A DNA stretch of 64,000 bases from a virus, in IMG/VR virus record IMGVR_UViG_3300042868_011386, positions 1-64,000 of that record; one strand, given 5' to 3'. Below are positions 7,443 through 16,399 of this stretch, piece by piece. A model generated the notes under the pieces. The model was not told where the DNA came from, made no database searches, and worked only from the letters and a program-made list of their open reading frames with translations. Position numbers and translations under genes: made by a program. Position 1 is the stretch's first letter. Each line of letters starts with the position of its first letter.

Positions 7443-8231
7443 CTTATGTTTTGTAATTGGCACTTGATAGAGCCAATGCGCTGAGTCACTAAATCCTGAG
7501 CCCCAACCATGCACGCTAAATTGATGTATATGGCTTGATCGTGTTAAGATAAAATAATCTACTAGAGTGTCTAGAGTGTTGTCATTATTAAGTGCTAGAT
7601 GAGACGGTTTTGAAGATGTACAACAAAAGCCATATCTATTACTTACTAGAGTCTTTAACTCTGCACAGTCCGACATAACTATATAATTTTTTCCGCTTAA
7701 TGCTTTTAGGTGTGGGTGAAGCATATCCATCAATTCATTTAATGATAGATGCACGGTATCTCCTATTTGTGTATTAAATGCTAACAAGTCGCCGGCACGT
7801 ATGTGTATTATTCCGTAATTACCATACGCGTCATACGCTGTTTTAATTGCAGACTCTAAACACTGATTTGGAATAAAAAAATCTCTTACTCGCTTTGAAA
7901 CAATTGAAGCAATTTTAAATGTTGGCCAAACATTTGTATAAATGTATAAATTTTCATGTTGCAACGTTTTTAAATTTATGTTTGACTTTAAATGACTTTT
8001 AAGAGCTCGTATAGTAAAATTGGGTATATCTTGCAAGTTTAGTATAGAGTCTATAGTTGGTGTAGGAGCATCACAGCGCTGAACTATATATTTTCCAATT
8101 GGATGATGAGACAAATCAACTTGAAACGATAAACCATATTCAATACAAAGTTGTTGACTTGCAATACTACCTCGTATAAAGTCACCAAGTCCCATTCCTT
8201 TTTCTTTTATAAAATACGAGTTGACTAACAT
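7425..8231 (-). CDS. Fucosyltransferase-like glycosyltransferase (NodZ/O-FucT-like, GT-B fold)
   Basis: GLGD near the N-terminus, IHIRAGD, SD, DYFIL and SGFS motifs. Confidence 0.65.
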   Translation of the reverse strand: MLVNSYFIKEKGMGLGDFIRGSIASQQLCIEYGLSFQVDLSHHPIGKYIVQRCDAPTPTIDSILNLQDIPNFTIRALKSHLKSNINLKTLQHENLYIYTNVWPTFKIASIVSKRVRDFFIPNQCLESAIKTAYDAYGNYGIIHIRAGDLLAFNTQIGDTVHLSLNELMDMLHPHLKALSGKNYIVMSDCAELKTLVSNRYGFCCTSSKPSHLALNNDNTLDTLVDYFILTRSSHIHQFSVHGWGSGFSDSAHWLYQVPITKHKLSPTN

Positions 8232-8242
8232 AACTATACTAA

Positions 8243-8254
8243 TATTTATAAATA
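8243..8254. promoter_or_regulatory. Overlapping divergent T4 late promoters (palindrome TATTTATAAATA)
   Basis: TATAAATA on both strands, between divergent start codons at 8231 and 8263. Confidence 0.7.
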
Positions 8255-8262
8255 CAAAATAT

Positions 8263-8946
8263 ATGAAAATATACGCTTATTATAATCAACTAGCAGCAAC
8301 ATACCAACCAAATGAAACATTAGAAATTTGGAAAAAATCTTGGGAAAAAATGGGTTGGGAACCTGTAGTATTATCAGAAAAAGATGCTCAAACTCATCCG
8401 CTATATGAACAGTTTTCTAATAAGTTAAAAACTTTTCCAACAGTAAATTCTCCTGGGTTTGATTATCATGCATTTATGAGATGGTTAGCAGTACCAGCTG
8501 TTGGAGGGATGCTATCAACAGAACCAGATGTAATAAATTATAGTCTAAAACCAAGTGATGTTAAAAAATATTTAGATTTAATTGAGAATGAAAAATTACA
8601 GTGTCATTCTCCAGTTCCTGCATTTTTAATTGGATTACCAATAGCATACGAAAATGTTTGTAAAAAAATTATTAATCATTGTGTACAACCAGAAGATGCA
8701 TTTGAGGGACAACCACATTTATCAGATCAAGATTTTTCATGCAGATATTGTGATGGCCATGAGGTAGAATTTTATAGAAATTCTGAATTATGTTGTGAAT
8801 TATTTGATGGCGATATTATGAATAGTTTGGGCACAACTAGATGGAAAACTGCTCCAGTTGTTCATTATGGTACTCCATATATGATGACTCATAAAATGCT
8901 TCCAAAACACGAGTATATTCATACACTTAGACAATTAAATTTTTAA
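8263..8946 (+). CDS. Putative glycosyltransferase-like protein
   Basis: W..SW...GW..VVL, F.RWLA..GG...EPDV, SDQ and VVHY motifs. Confidence 0.5.
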   Translation: MKIYAYYNQLAATYQPNETLEIWKKSWEKMGWEPVVLSEKDAQTHPLYEQFSNKLKTFPTVNSPGFDYHAFMRWLAVPAVGGMLSTEPDVINYSLKPSDVKKYLDLIENEKLQCHSPVPAFLIGLPIAYENVCKKIINHCVQPEDAFEGQPHLSDQDFSCRYCDGHEVEFYRNSELCCELFDGDIMNSLGTTRWKTAPVVHYGTPYMMTHKMLPKHEYIHTLRQLNF

Positions 8947-8958
8947 TGGAGAATCATA

Positions 8959-9675
8959 ATGAAACAGGTGCCTAATAGCAATTTTATTTTATAGTTAGAA
9001 CATGAAATAAAAGAAAAACTTTGCGCCAGTGAAATTCAATCTAACTCTCAACTAAATCAAGATCTATTTGTACTGATTTTAAAAAATTTTAAAACAAATG
9101 GTATTTTTGTAGAATTTGGAATATGTGATGGAATATTTTTAAGTAATAGTTTTATTTTAGAAAAAAAATATAATTGGAGTGGAGTTGTATGTGAACCATT
9201 AAAAAGTTTTCAGACAAAATTATCGCAAAACAGAAACTGCTTTATAGATCATAGAGCAGTATATTCATCTAGCAATTTAACAGTTGAGTTTAGAGAAATA
9301 TCAGGAAATGAAGAACTTTCTGGAATAGGTTTTTCTTTTTTAGAGGATAATCATGAAATTATCAGAAATGAAAACTATATATCATATAATGTTGAAACTA
9401 TAAGCTTAACAGATCTTTTAAACGATTATAATATTCCTGTTTCAATTGATTTTATTTCTATTGACACAGAAGGTTCAGAATTTGATATTCTATCGAATTT
9501 TAATTTTGATAAATATGACGTTGATATTTTTACAGTAGAACATAATTATATTCATAACAAACGGGAAGAGATTAAAAATTTAATGGAAAAGAACCATTAC
9601 ACTCGAATTCTTACAGATATATCTCAGTGGGACGACTGGTATGTTTCCAATAAATTTTTAAATACGAGAAATTAA
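8959..9675 (+). pseudogene. FkbM-family methyltransferase with in-frame TAG at codon 12 (absent from the ORF track)
   Basis: Frame reads SQLNQDLFVL..GIFVEFGICDG..SNS..LEK.YNW.G..EP..IDFISIDTEGSE..VEHNY. ATG at 8959 follows GGAG; TAG at 8992-8994; TAA at 9673-9675. Confidence 0.8.
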
Positions 9676-9685
9676 TAACTTAAAT

Positions 9686-10012
9686 GGGTGTGACATGGTT
9701 TCGACATGACTGTTGAAGCAATATATGCAATGTACAGTCTGCACGACTCTAAGTGCAAGAGAAAAACGAAAAAGATACACTAGCTCTCGCGGCATAACCG
9801 CACCAATGCATCGACTCCGATGCAGTGTGTTGGCATAGAGGAGGATCGGATAGTTGTATATCGAAAATATAATAGACTCATCGATTCGAATATTGATGCG
9901 GGATTGCTCGACAACAATCTAGGTTGTGATTGTCCTAACATCAATCAATAAATTGTAGAAGTATATTGTCGAGAAGTCATGGACTGGAGTTCGATCCTCC
10001 ACACATCCACCA
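9686..10012 (+). ncRNA. ssrA: tmRNA
   Basis: Acceptor GGGTGTG/CACATCC-ACCA with G3-U pair; GGTTTCGAC; PK1 (AGTC-TGCAC-GACT-GTGCA); tag frame ending DTLALAA*; T arm GGAGTTCGATCCTCC. Confidence 0.92.
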
Positions 10013-10054
10013 TTTTCTTGTTTACATGTGAGCGCTCTTAGGGTATAATACATC

Positions 10055-10972
10055 ATGACACCACGACTGGGACTAGTTTGTATAAGCGAAAGACTGACAC
10101 ACCAAAAGATCTCAGCAAAGACGATGACTCGCAAGCAGTTTGTAACTCTTGGTCGAGAGCGTGGGTTGCAAGTACTATCCGAGCGTATACTTCATAATTC
10201 ACAGCACATCTTGCGTACTCTCCAGGCATGCATCGACTCAGGTGCTCGTCACTATCGCGTGTCGAGTTCAATTTTCCCGTTGCTTACTGATCATACGCTC
10301 GAGTTGCGCTACGACGACCTGCATGGGTTTAATGATATCGCAAGCAACCTCGCGAAGGCTGGTGAATTTGCTCGGCAGCATGACATCACATGCAGCTCAC
10401 ATCCCGATCAGTTTAATGTCCTATCAAGTTATAACCCTGATGTTGTAGACAAGACTATTCGCGAACTTGACCATCAGTCATATGTACTTGATATGATGGG
10501 ATGTAAAGCAAACTATAGTTCTCCAATGTGTCTGCATCTCAATAAGAGCCCTGACTTTAAGCGTGAAACGATTGGCGAGTATGTGTCTCGCTTTTGTGTA
10601 AATCTCGCACGTTGCAGTCGTGGTGTTCGTCATCGACTTGTGTTAGAAAACGAAGACAAAGCATACTGGAATTGCGAGAATCTCTACACACATTTTGCCG
10701 GTCATCTTCCACTTGTCTATGACAATCTTCATGACACGTGCAACCCATCATGTGACTCGTCTCAAAGCATCTCTCGATTTCGTCAAAGTTGGGGAAAGTA
10801 CACACCAGTGTTTCATTGGAGCGAAGGTATTGGCAGCACTCGTAGTCATACTGACTATGCGACTCATCTCCCCCATGTAGTCTCTGCAAATCGTGATGTC
10901 ACATGGGAAGTCGAGCTCAAGGCAAAAGACAACGCGATCGCTCATATTCTGAGCACCTTTTTTGCCTCCTAA
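10055..10972 (+). CDS. uvsE: UV damage endonuclease UvsE/UVDE
   Basis: LGLVC, YRVSS, HPDQF, LENED, HWSE and EVELKAKD motifs; promoter TTTACA-N17-TATAAT at 10021-10049. Confidence 0.9.
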   Translation: MTPRLGLVCISERLTHQKISAKTMTRKQFVTLGRERGLQVLSERILHNSQHILRTLQACIDSGARHYRVSSSIFPLLTDHTLELRYDDLHGFNDIASNLAKAGEFARQHDITCSSHPDQFNVLSSYNPDVVDKTIRELDHQSYVLDMMGCKANYSSPMCLHLNKSPDFKRETIGEYVSRFCVNLARCSRGVRHRLVLENEDKAYWNCENLYTHFAGHLPLVYDNLHDTCNPSCDSSQSISRFRQSWGKYTPVFHWSEGIGSTRSHTDYATHLPHVVSANRDVTWEVELKAKDNAIAHILSTFFAS

Positions 10973-11081
10973 AGGTCATTTTCTCTATACGGGGCTTAAC
11001 TTCGGGACCTTTTTTCACTTTTTAAAAAAAGTTGTGTACTTTTGTCGTGGTTTATGCTATAATAACCATGTAAGCAACAAT
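10973..11081 (+). repeat. Early-promoter cassette, copy 1
   Basis: AGGTCATTTT..CCTTTTTTCACTTTT..AAAAAAGTTGTGTACTTTT..TGCTATAAT..ATGTAAGCAACAA. Confidence 0.85.
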
Positions 11082-11231
11082 ATGATTGATATTACTGCAG
11101 TACAAGGATTTTGGTATGACGGCAATACTCCAATTGCTAATCTCACGGATGGCAGAGAGGTGGTATTGAGTGAAGAAGATGCTCAGTTCATTTTGGATTG
11201 GAGTGCGTCAATAGCTAATAGAGTAGAGTAA
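11082..11231 (+). CDS. Small early protein
   Basis: ATG directly after the cassette leader. Confidence 0.6.
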   Translation: MIDITAVQGFWYDGNTPIANLTDGREVVLSEEDAQFILDWSASIANRVE

Positions 11232-11240
11232 ATAATAATT

Positions 11241-11912
11241 ATGAACAAGGCAATCTTTGTAGTAGGAGACATTCATGGCAAGTGGGATGCGCTTTTTCTT
11301 AAGATAAAAGCTGGCGATATTCGTGATTTTGTCTTGATCGGAGTCGGTGACCTTGGAGTCGGGTTTAAACTCGAGAAGCAACAGGCCCGTCAGTTTGAAT
11401 ATATCAATACCTTTTTCAAAAGTCGAAACATTGATTTTCTAGGCATTCGCGGCAATCATGATGACCCAGCATATTTTGATGGAAAGATAAGCATGAGTAA
11501 TTTCAAGTTGCTTCCAGATTATACATCAATGACTCTAGATGATAAAGAATTTTTATTTGTTGGCGGTGCTGTTAGCGTCGATCGACGTATGAGAGCACAG
11601 GGCATTTCATATTGGGCAGATGAAAAGTTTGTCTTGGATGTTTCCAAGATAAAGCGATGTGATGTACTCATTACGCACAGTGCTCCAACATGGAGTGGTC
11701 CATTTGATAAGTCTGGAATCTCAGGTTGGTGTGATCGTGACTCTACTCTTTGGGATGAGTGTGTACAAGAACGCAAAGATCATGATATACTTTTAAAACT
11801 ATGCGGTGCGTCTCGTCATTATTGCGGTCATTTTCATACCTCTTCTTCAGTTGACTTTGATGGATGTGTGAGTACAATATTAGACGAACTAGAAATCGGA
11901 GAAATAAGATGA
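11241..11912 (+). CDS. Metallophosphoesterase (calcineurin-like)
   Basis: GDIHG, GD, GNHD, TH and GHFH motifs. Confidence 0.9.
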   Translation: MNKAIFVVGDIHGKWDALFLKIKAGDIRDFVLIGVGDLGVGFKLEKQQARQFEYINTFFKSRNIDFLGIRGNHDDPAYFDGKISMSNFKLLPDYTSMTLDDKEFLFVGGAVSVDRRMRAQGISYWADEKFVLDVSKIKRCDVLITHSAPTWSGPFDKSGISGWCDRDSTLWDECVQERKDHDILLKLCGASRHYCGHFHTSSSVDFDGCVSTILDELEIGEIR

Positions 11913-12202
11913 ACAAACAACTGACTATTGAAGAACTAAACAAAATTTTAGATTCATATATTGCATTGAAGCGCGTGATCGACTCTGCAGTCGAAGTCGG
12001 GTGTTTAGACCCAGATGGTCCAATCTACAATACAGTTTGGAAAGCATTTGAAGATACAGTAGATATTGTTGATCCATATAGTTGGATTATGTGGTATATC
12101 TATGACAATGATATGGGAGAAAGAGGAATGCAAGTAAAGATTGGTGATGAAGAAATTTCGGTTGAAAATAGAAGAGATTTATTGAAGGTGATGAATTCTT
12201 AA
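11909..12202 (+). CDS. Hypothetical protein
   Basis: ORF; WI.WYIYDND.G motif. Confidence 0.55.
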   Translation: MNKQLTIEELNKILDSYIALKRVIDSAVEVGCLDPDGPIYNTVWKAFEDTVDIVDPYSWIMWYIYDNDMGERGMQVKIGDEEISVENRRDLLKVMNS

Positions 12203-12205
12203 ATT

Positions 12206-12394
12206 ATGAATATTGTTATTGTAATTTTATTGGTCATTCATACTGCTTTGTGTATGATTGCTGGTTTTTGGATGGGTGTTAATAAAACACATTGTGAAGC
12301 ATATGAAAATGGTCATATGACTATTGAGCGTGTAGGTGATAAAAGAAATTATCGCTGGATCGAGACTCATAAAATAGGATATGACTATGAATGA
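12206..12394 (+). CDS. Small membrane protein
   Basis: N-terminal TM segment. Confidence 0.5.
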   Translation: MNIVIVILLVIHTALCMIAGFWMGVNKTHCEAYENGHMTIERVGDKRNYRWIETHKIGYDYE

Positions 12395-12472
12395 TTTGAC
12401 CATAGTACTTTATTGTATTCTCATGACTTCACTTGCAATTGGCACACTTATAATTTTTGAAAAATACGACAA

Positions 12473-13426
12473 ATGAAAACTGCATATCAATATAAAGACA
12501 TATGTTTGCTACCTCGCTATAGTAGCCTAAAGACTCGTCAAAGAGCTGAAGTTTCTACAGTATTTTTAGGATCACAATTTAAATTACCAGTGGTGCCTTC
12601 GAATATGGTATGTGTCATAAACGAATCACATGCAAAATGGCTGAGTGAATGCGGCTATTTCTATGTCATGCATCGTTTCGGTGTCGATAACCTTGAATTT
12701 GTTCGCGCTGCCCAAGGTTGGAAAACAATCAGCATCAGTGTAGGCGTGCAAGAAGTCGACAAATATCTACTTGAGCAGATCGCAGCAGAAGATTTAAAGT
12801 TAGACTATGTCACAATCGACATTGCTCATGGTGATAGCATTCTTATGAAAGAGATGTTGAGTCATATTTCTTCGCTGTCTCTTGATACAAAAATTATTGC
12901 CGGCAATGTCTGCACTCCCGAAGGCTATCGCAGGCTTGTTGAGTGGGGGGCAGATGCTGTAAAAGTTGGTATTGGCGGTGGAGGTGTGTGCAGCACAAAA
13001 AACAAAACTGGCTTTACTTTTCCAATGTATAGTTGTATCACACTCATTGATCGTGTGCGAGAACTTGATGATCCACCAATAATTGCAGATGGCGGAGTTC
13101 GTGAGCATGCCGACATTGTAAAAGCAATTCACGCCGGGGCAGAGATGGTTATGGTTGGTGGTCTCTTTAGTCGATGTATTGATTCACCGGCTGAAATGAT
13201 TGACGGTCAAAAAGTTTATTTTGGAAGTGCTTCTCAATACAACAAGGGTGAATATCGAAACGTTGAAGGAGTTAAGCGTGCACTAGATCTTGACACTATG
13301 ACCTATGCAGAAAAACTACTCGAGATAGAACAGGACCTTCAAAGTGCGGTTTCTTACTCGGGCGGAAGAAACTTACTTGATATCCCGAGTGTAGAAGCAA
13401 TGCTCGTTACAAGTTGGGAGGCATAA
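12473..13426 (+). CDS. guaC: GMP reductase
   Basis: IDIAHG, IAGNV, KVGIGGGGVCST, IIADGG, YFGSAS and VEG motifs; short GuaC type lacking CBS domains. Confidence 0.9.
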   Translation: MKTAYQYKDICLLPRYSSLKTRQRAEVSTVFLGSQFKLPVVPSNMVCVINESHAKWLSECGYFYVMHRFGVDNLEFVRAAQGWKTISISVGVQEVDKYLLEQIAAEDLKLDYVTIDIAHGDSILMKEMLSHISSLSLDTKIIAGNVCTPEGYRRLVEWGADAVKVGIGGGGVCSTKNKTGFTFPMYSCITLIDRVRELDDPPIIADGGVREHADIVKAIHAGAEMVMVGGLFSRCIDSPAEMIDGQKVYFGSASQYNKGEYRNVEGVKRALDLDTMTYAEKLLEIEQDLQSAVSYSGGRNLLDIPSVEAMLVTSWEA

Positions 13427-13448
13427 ATTTGAAGGAGATCTTTATTAG

Positions 13449-13697
13449 ATGAATAATGAAAAATGTTGGGAATGCAATGGCACTCTGCAGCGGGTGCTCG
13501 TCACTGAAACCTATGACGTACATCGCCTTGGACAGACTGTCATAGCAAACATTCCGATGTTTCGTTGCTGTTTATGCGGTGCCGAAGTAATCGGTGCAGA
13601 GGGAGGTGCGCATATTGATGACACCATCGAAAGAGAATACAAGAAGCGAGGACTGCAACGCCAATATCGATCATGTACAGGAACTGTAGTAGAATAA
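13449..13697 (+). CDS. YgiT/MqsA-type zinc-finger protein
   Basis: CWEC...NIP...CCLCGAEV. Confidence 0.65.
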   Translation: MNNEKCWECNGTLQRVLVTETYDVHRLGQTVIANIPMFRCCLCGAEVIGAEGGAHIDDTIEREYKKRGLQRQYRSCTGTVVE

Positions 13698-13701
13698 ACT
13701 T

Positions 13702-13968
13702 ATGCCAAAATATAGAATCGTAAGAGACTATCGCGACAGAAACACAAAACTGTCACATGAAAAATACTATATTCAACGCAAGTCGTTATGGATGTGGAAT
13801 GACATTGACCCGTTTGACGTCGACTCGAGTTTTTACAGAAGCGGTAAAAGATGGGACACGTTTGAAGAGGCACTCGAGGTATACACGAAGATCGAAGAGA
13901 TTGAGGCTCTCAAGTGTCGCGGATTAGAGGTTGTGTGGCCAAAACCACGTCCGGAATGGCCTTGCTGA
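13702..13968 (+). CDS. Hypothetical protein
   Basis: KYRIV..YYIQRK..W.W..F.EA pattern. Confidence 0.55.
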   Translation: MPKYRIVRDYRDRNTKLSHEKYYIQRKSLWMWNDIDPFDVDSSFYRSGKRWDTFEEALEVYTKIEEIEALKCRGLEVVWPKPRPEWPC

Positions 13969-14076
13969 GGTCATTTTTCTAAGCCCGGGCTACGTCCGGG
14001 ACCTTTTTTCACTTTTATGAAAAAAGTTGTGTACTTTTGCCGCGGTTTATGCTATAATAACCATGTAAGCAACAAA
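13968..14076 (+). repeat. Early-promoter cassette, copy 2
   Basis: Near-identical to copy 1. Confidence 0.85.
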
Positions 14077-14088
14077 CCACACCACCAA

Positions 14089-14340
14089 ATGAAACTAATC
14101 AAATCTGCCCCTTGTCAAGAAGCAACCTACAAAGTAGGAGACGAAATCATCCTCCAATATTCTATCTTTGATGGACGTACCTCTGAATGCAAGCGCAAGG
14201 CGATGACAGTCACCAAAGTCAACAAAATCAGCCTCATCGCTGAAGACAAATTTGGCAACTGCTTCGGACTTGACCCTCGCGAAGACGAAATCACCACTCG
14301 TGCTCAACTTATCAAAGAGTTGAACGACTCGATCGACTAA
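14089..14340 (+). CDS. Small early protein (start corrected)
   Basis: ATG after the cassette. Confidence 0.6.
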   Translation: MKLIKSAPCQEATYKVGDEIILQYSIFDGRTSECKRKAMTVTKVNKISLIAEDKFGNCFGLDPREDEITTRAQLIKELNDSID

Positions 14341-14370
14341 GAAACTAACCACGTAAGCAACAAACCACAT

Positions 14371-14673
14371 ATGAAAACAGCATCACTCAGCGTACAAGAC
14401 ATCAATACAGCCATCATCTCTGGAGGCTTTGCAAATGATGATCTCAATAGCATAATCCAAGCCATCACCTTTGCCCGCACTCGCCTTGCTCAAAAGACCA
14501 AAGCTTCTCTTCATATCGGCGACAATGTTCAATTTACAAGCCCACGAAGTGGAGGTGTGACCACTGGACATGTTGTCAAGATTGCCGTTAAGTTTGTCAC
14601 GGTTCAAACTAGTGGCGGTCGATGGAAAGTTCCGGCGAGCATGTTGTCTAAAATCGATGCAGTTCTTAAATAA
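14371..14673 (+). CDS. Conserved T4-like early protein with SH3/KOW-like C-terminus
   Basis: IGDNVQF...G.VVKI..K...V...RWKVPASML. Confidence 0.6.
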   Translation: MKTASLSVQDINTAIISGGFANDDLNSIIQAITFARTRLAQKTKASLHIGDNVQFTSPRSGGVTTGHVVKIAVKFVTVQTSGGRWKVPASMLSKIDAVLK

Positions 14674-14699
14674 ATCTAACCATTACACTCGATAAATCT

Positions 14700-14843
14700 A
14701 TGAAAGAAGACAAACAAAAGCTGTTTGAAGAGAGCTTCAAGCTCTTCGAAAAATGTTGTGATATTGTTGATAAGGTCCTGGAAGAGAGACGCGCAGGTGC
14801 TTATGATGAGCAGATGAAAATAGTTCGTAAGGAACTCCGATAG
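14700..14843 (+). CDS. Small hypothetical protein (MKEDKQKLF...)
   Basis: ORF below the track cutoff, in operon orientation. Confidence 0.45.
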   Translation: MKEDKQKLFEESFKLFEKCCDIVDKVLEERRAGAYDEQMKIVRKELR

Positions 14844-14844
14844 T

Positions 14845-14979
14845 ATGAGCAGTTCAGCAAAGAGTAAAGGCGGTGTCAAGACCGTTCAATGGTGGAAGCA
14901 TCTACGCAAGTACTGGAGCCGTGTGCAAAATAAGCGTGTACGTAGGGATGGTAAGAAGGAAATACGGAAGGAACTCTGA
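14845..14979 (+). CDS. Small basic hypothetical protein (…QWWKHLRK…)
   Basis: ORF below the track cutoff, in operon orientation. Confidence 0.45.
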   Translation: MSSSAKSKGGVKTVQWWKHLRKYWSRVQNKRVRRDGKKEIRKEL

Positions 14980-14990
14980 TACAATAAGGT

Positions 14991-15197
14991 ATGCACAAAG
15001 ATATTAAAGTAGGAGACTTACTAGTTGCTGCTGATCAAATCTTTCAGGTAACAGACATCTTAGATGATGTAGGCACACGAGTATACACCTGTCATACATG
15101 GGAACCAACCGTAGGATTTGTATGTAACAGTGACTATGATATGTTTACCGACAGCGACATTGAGGATTGCGGACTTGATGTTTACAGATTGAAATAA
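14991..15197 (+). CDS. Hypothetical protein
   Basis: ORF in operon orientation. Confidence 0.5.
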   Translation: MHKDIKVGDLLVAADQIFQVTDILDDVGTRVYTCHTWEPTVGFVCNSDYDMFTDSDIEDCGLDVYRLK

Positions 15198-15208
15198 GAA
15201 ACTCAAAT

Positions 15209-15445
15209 ATGATTAGTGTACTAGCAAATCTTTTAAGAGAATGGGACGGCTCTTATAAGCCAGAAAAAATTTGTATCTATAAAGAAGGCAAAGAGATGGT
15301 TTTTGATGCAGAAGAATGGAATCACCTGTGTGATGTGTTAGCAGGAAAATACAATAAAGCCGCATCATCAATCCCAGAAGGTTGTTATACACCTGACTCT
15401 ATATCAGTATGGAGCAAAGAATGGGTTGGAGGACAACTAACGTAA
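15209..15445 (+). CDS. Hypothetical protein
   Basis: ORF in operon orientation. Confidence 0.5.
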   Translation: MISVLANLLREWDGSYKPEKICIYKEGKEMVFDAEEWNHLCDVLAGKYNKAASSIPEGCYTPDSISVWSKEWVGGQLT

Positions 15446-15499
15446 AATTACTATAAAAAATCTATAAATGACTATAGAACCACAATAAATACAAAATAT

Positions 15500-15829
15500 A
15501 TGATGACAACAATAACTACAATATTAGCATATACCCTTAGTCTTGGCGCGATTTGCAGCCTGTTTTACGTTGCATGCCGACTCTTCTCTGAGTATCTTGC
15601 GATGCGTAAACTGAAGCCGCTTAAAATGCCAACACCAGTAGAAGTGCCAGTTGTAAAAAAACAGACTGCACCAAAAAAGAAAGCGGTATATAAAAATCCT
15701 GCAAAAAAACAGCCAACTATAAAGCAAGCTGCTGCAGATGCTGCTAAAAAAGCAGCGACAAAAAAGCAACCGACCAAACAGGCAAATAAAAAGACAGCAG
15801 TTCGTAAGAAACCGCAAACCAAGGTTTAA
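15500..15829 (+). CDS. Membrane-anchored Lys/Ala/Pro-rich (histone H1-like tail) protein
   Basis: N-terminal TM followed by KKQTAPKKK / PAKKQP / AAKKAATKK repeats. Confidence 0.6.
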   Translation: MMTTITTILAYTLSLGAICSLFYVACRLFSEYLAMRKLKPLKMPTPVEVPVVKKQTAPKKKAVYKNPAKKQPTIKQAAADAAKKAATKKQPTKQANKKTAVRKKPQTKV

Positions 15830-15830
15830 T

Positions 15831-16085
15831 ATGTCAGACGAAGTATTTGATTTTGGGTTTACTGCTGTTGCAGAAGACGAACTAGAGGTAGTTCGTGCAG
15901 CAAATGCAAAGGAAGATGAAGTGATTGAACTTCAGACTCGTCTTGATTCACTCTATAAATCTATCTTGCCTCTTGTCTCAAATCTAAAGAAAAACCCAGA
16001 AAAGGATTATATTTACTGGCCAAATCGGTTAGACAAGGTAAAAGCTTTTGAGGGCATCATCTCTAAAATATACAATGGAGTATGA
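15831..16085 (+). CDS. Conserved T4-like hypothetical protein (start corrected)
   Basis: FDFGFTAV.EDEL...ILPL..NLKKNPEKDYIYWPNR. Confidence 0.75.
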   Translation: MSDEVFDFGFTAVAEDELEVVRAANAKEDEVIELQTRLDSLYKSILPLVSNLKKNPEKDYIYWPNRLDKVKAFEGIISKIYNGV

Positions 16086-16282
16086 AAGAGGGGATTCCAG
16101 AAGACACTATCGTAATGATTATGAAGTGGTCTGATGGGTCAAGCGCATGCTTTTTTCAAAGTGACAACGCAGCAATAAAGGAATATATAAAACAAAAGAC
16201 TCTGAAAAATTCAGGGTTGCATCTAAAATATACAGTAAAAAAATATCTAAAAAGCGAATATGATAAACTAAACGGGCTTTAA
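16082..16282 (+). CDS. Hypothetical protein
   Basis: ATGA overlap with the upstream gene. Confidence 0.45.
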   Translation: MKEGIPEDTIVMIMKWSDGSSACFFQSDNAAIKEYIKQKTLKNSGLHLKYTVKKYLKSEYDKLNGL

Positions 16283-16310
16283 ACACCTGTTTAAGCATAC
16301 ATAAAATTAG

Positions 16311-16341
16311 AGAGGCATATCATTTTTTGATATGCCTTTTT
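16311..16341 (+). terminator. Terminator followed by a late promoter (TATAAATA 16343-16350)
   Basis: AGGCATATCA...TGATATGCCTTTTT. Confidence 0.75.
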
Positions 16342-16399
16342 GTATAAATACAATTAGTGAATGACTCTATATTATGCCTAATAACAAATACTAAAGCAT

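Noticed and set aside
8992-8994. Genome-wide TAG reassignment
   Set aside because: Long genes are not fragmented by TAG, and TAG ends genes at expected positions (20641, 31092). The odd tRNA has anticodon UAG (Leu), not CUA.
9754-9756. UAAGU-GCA taken as the tmRNA resume codon
   Set aside because: It is out of frame with LALAA*, and GTGCA is needed for PK1 pairing with TGCAC.
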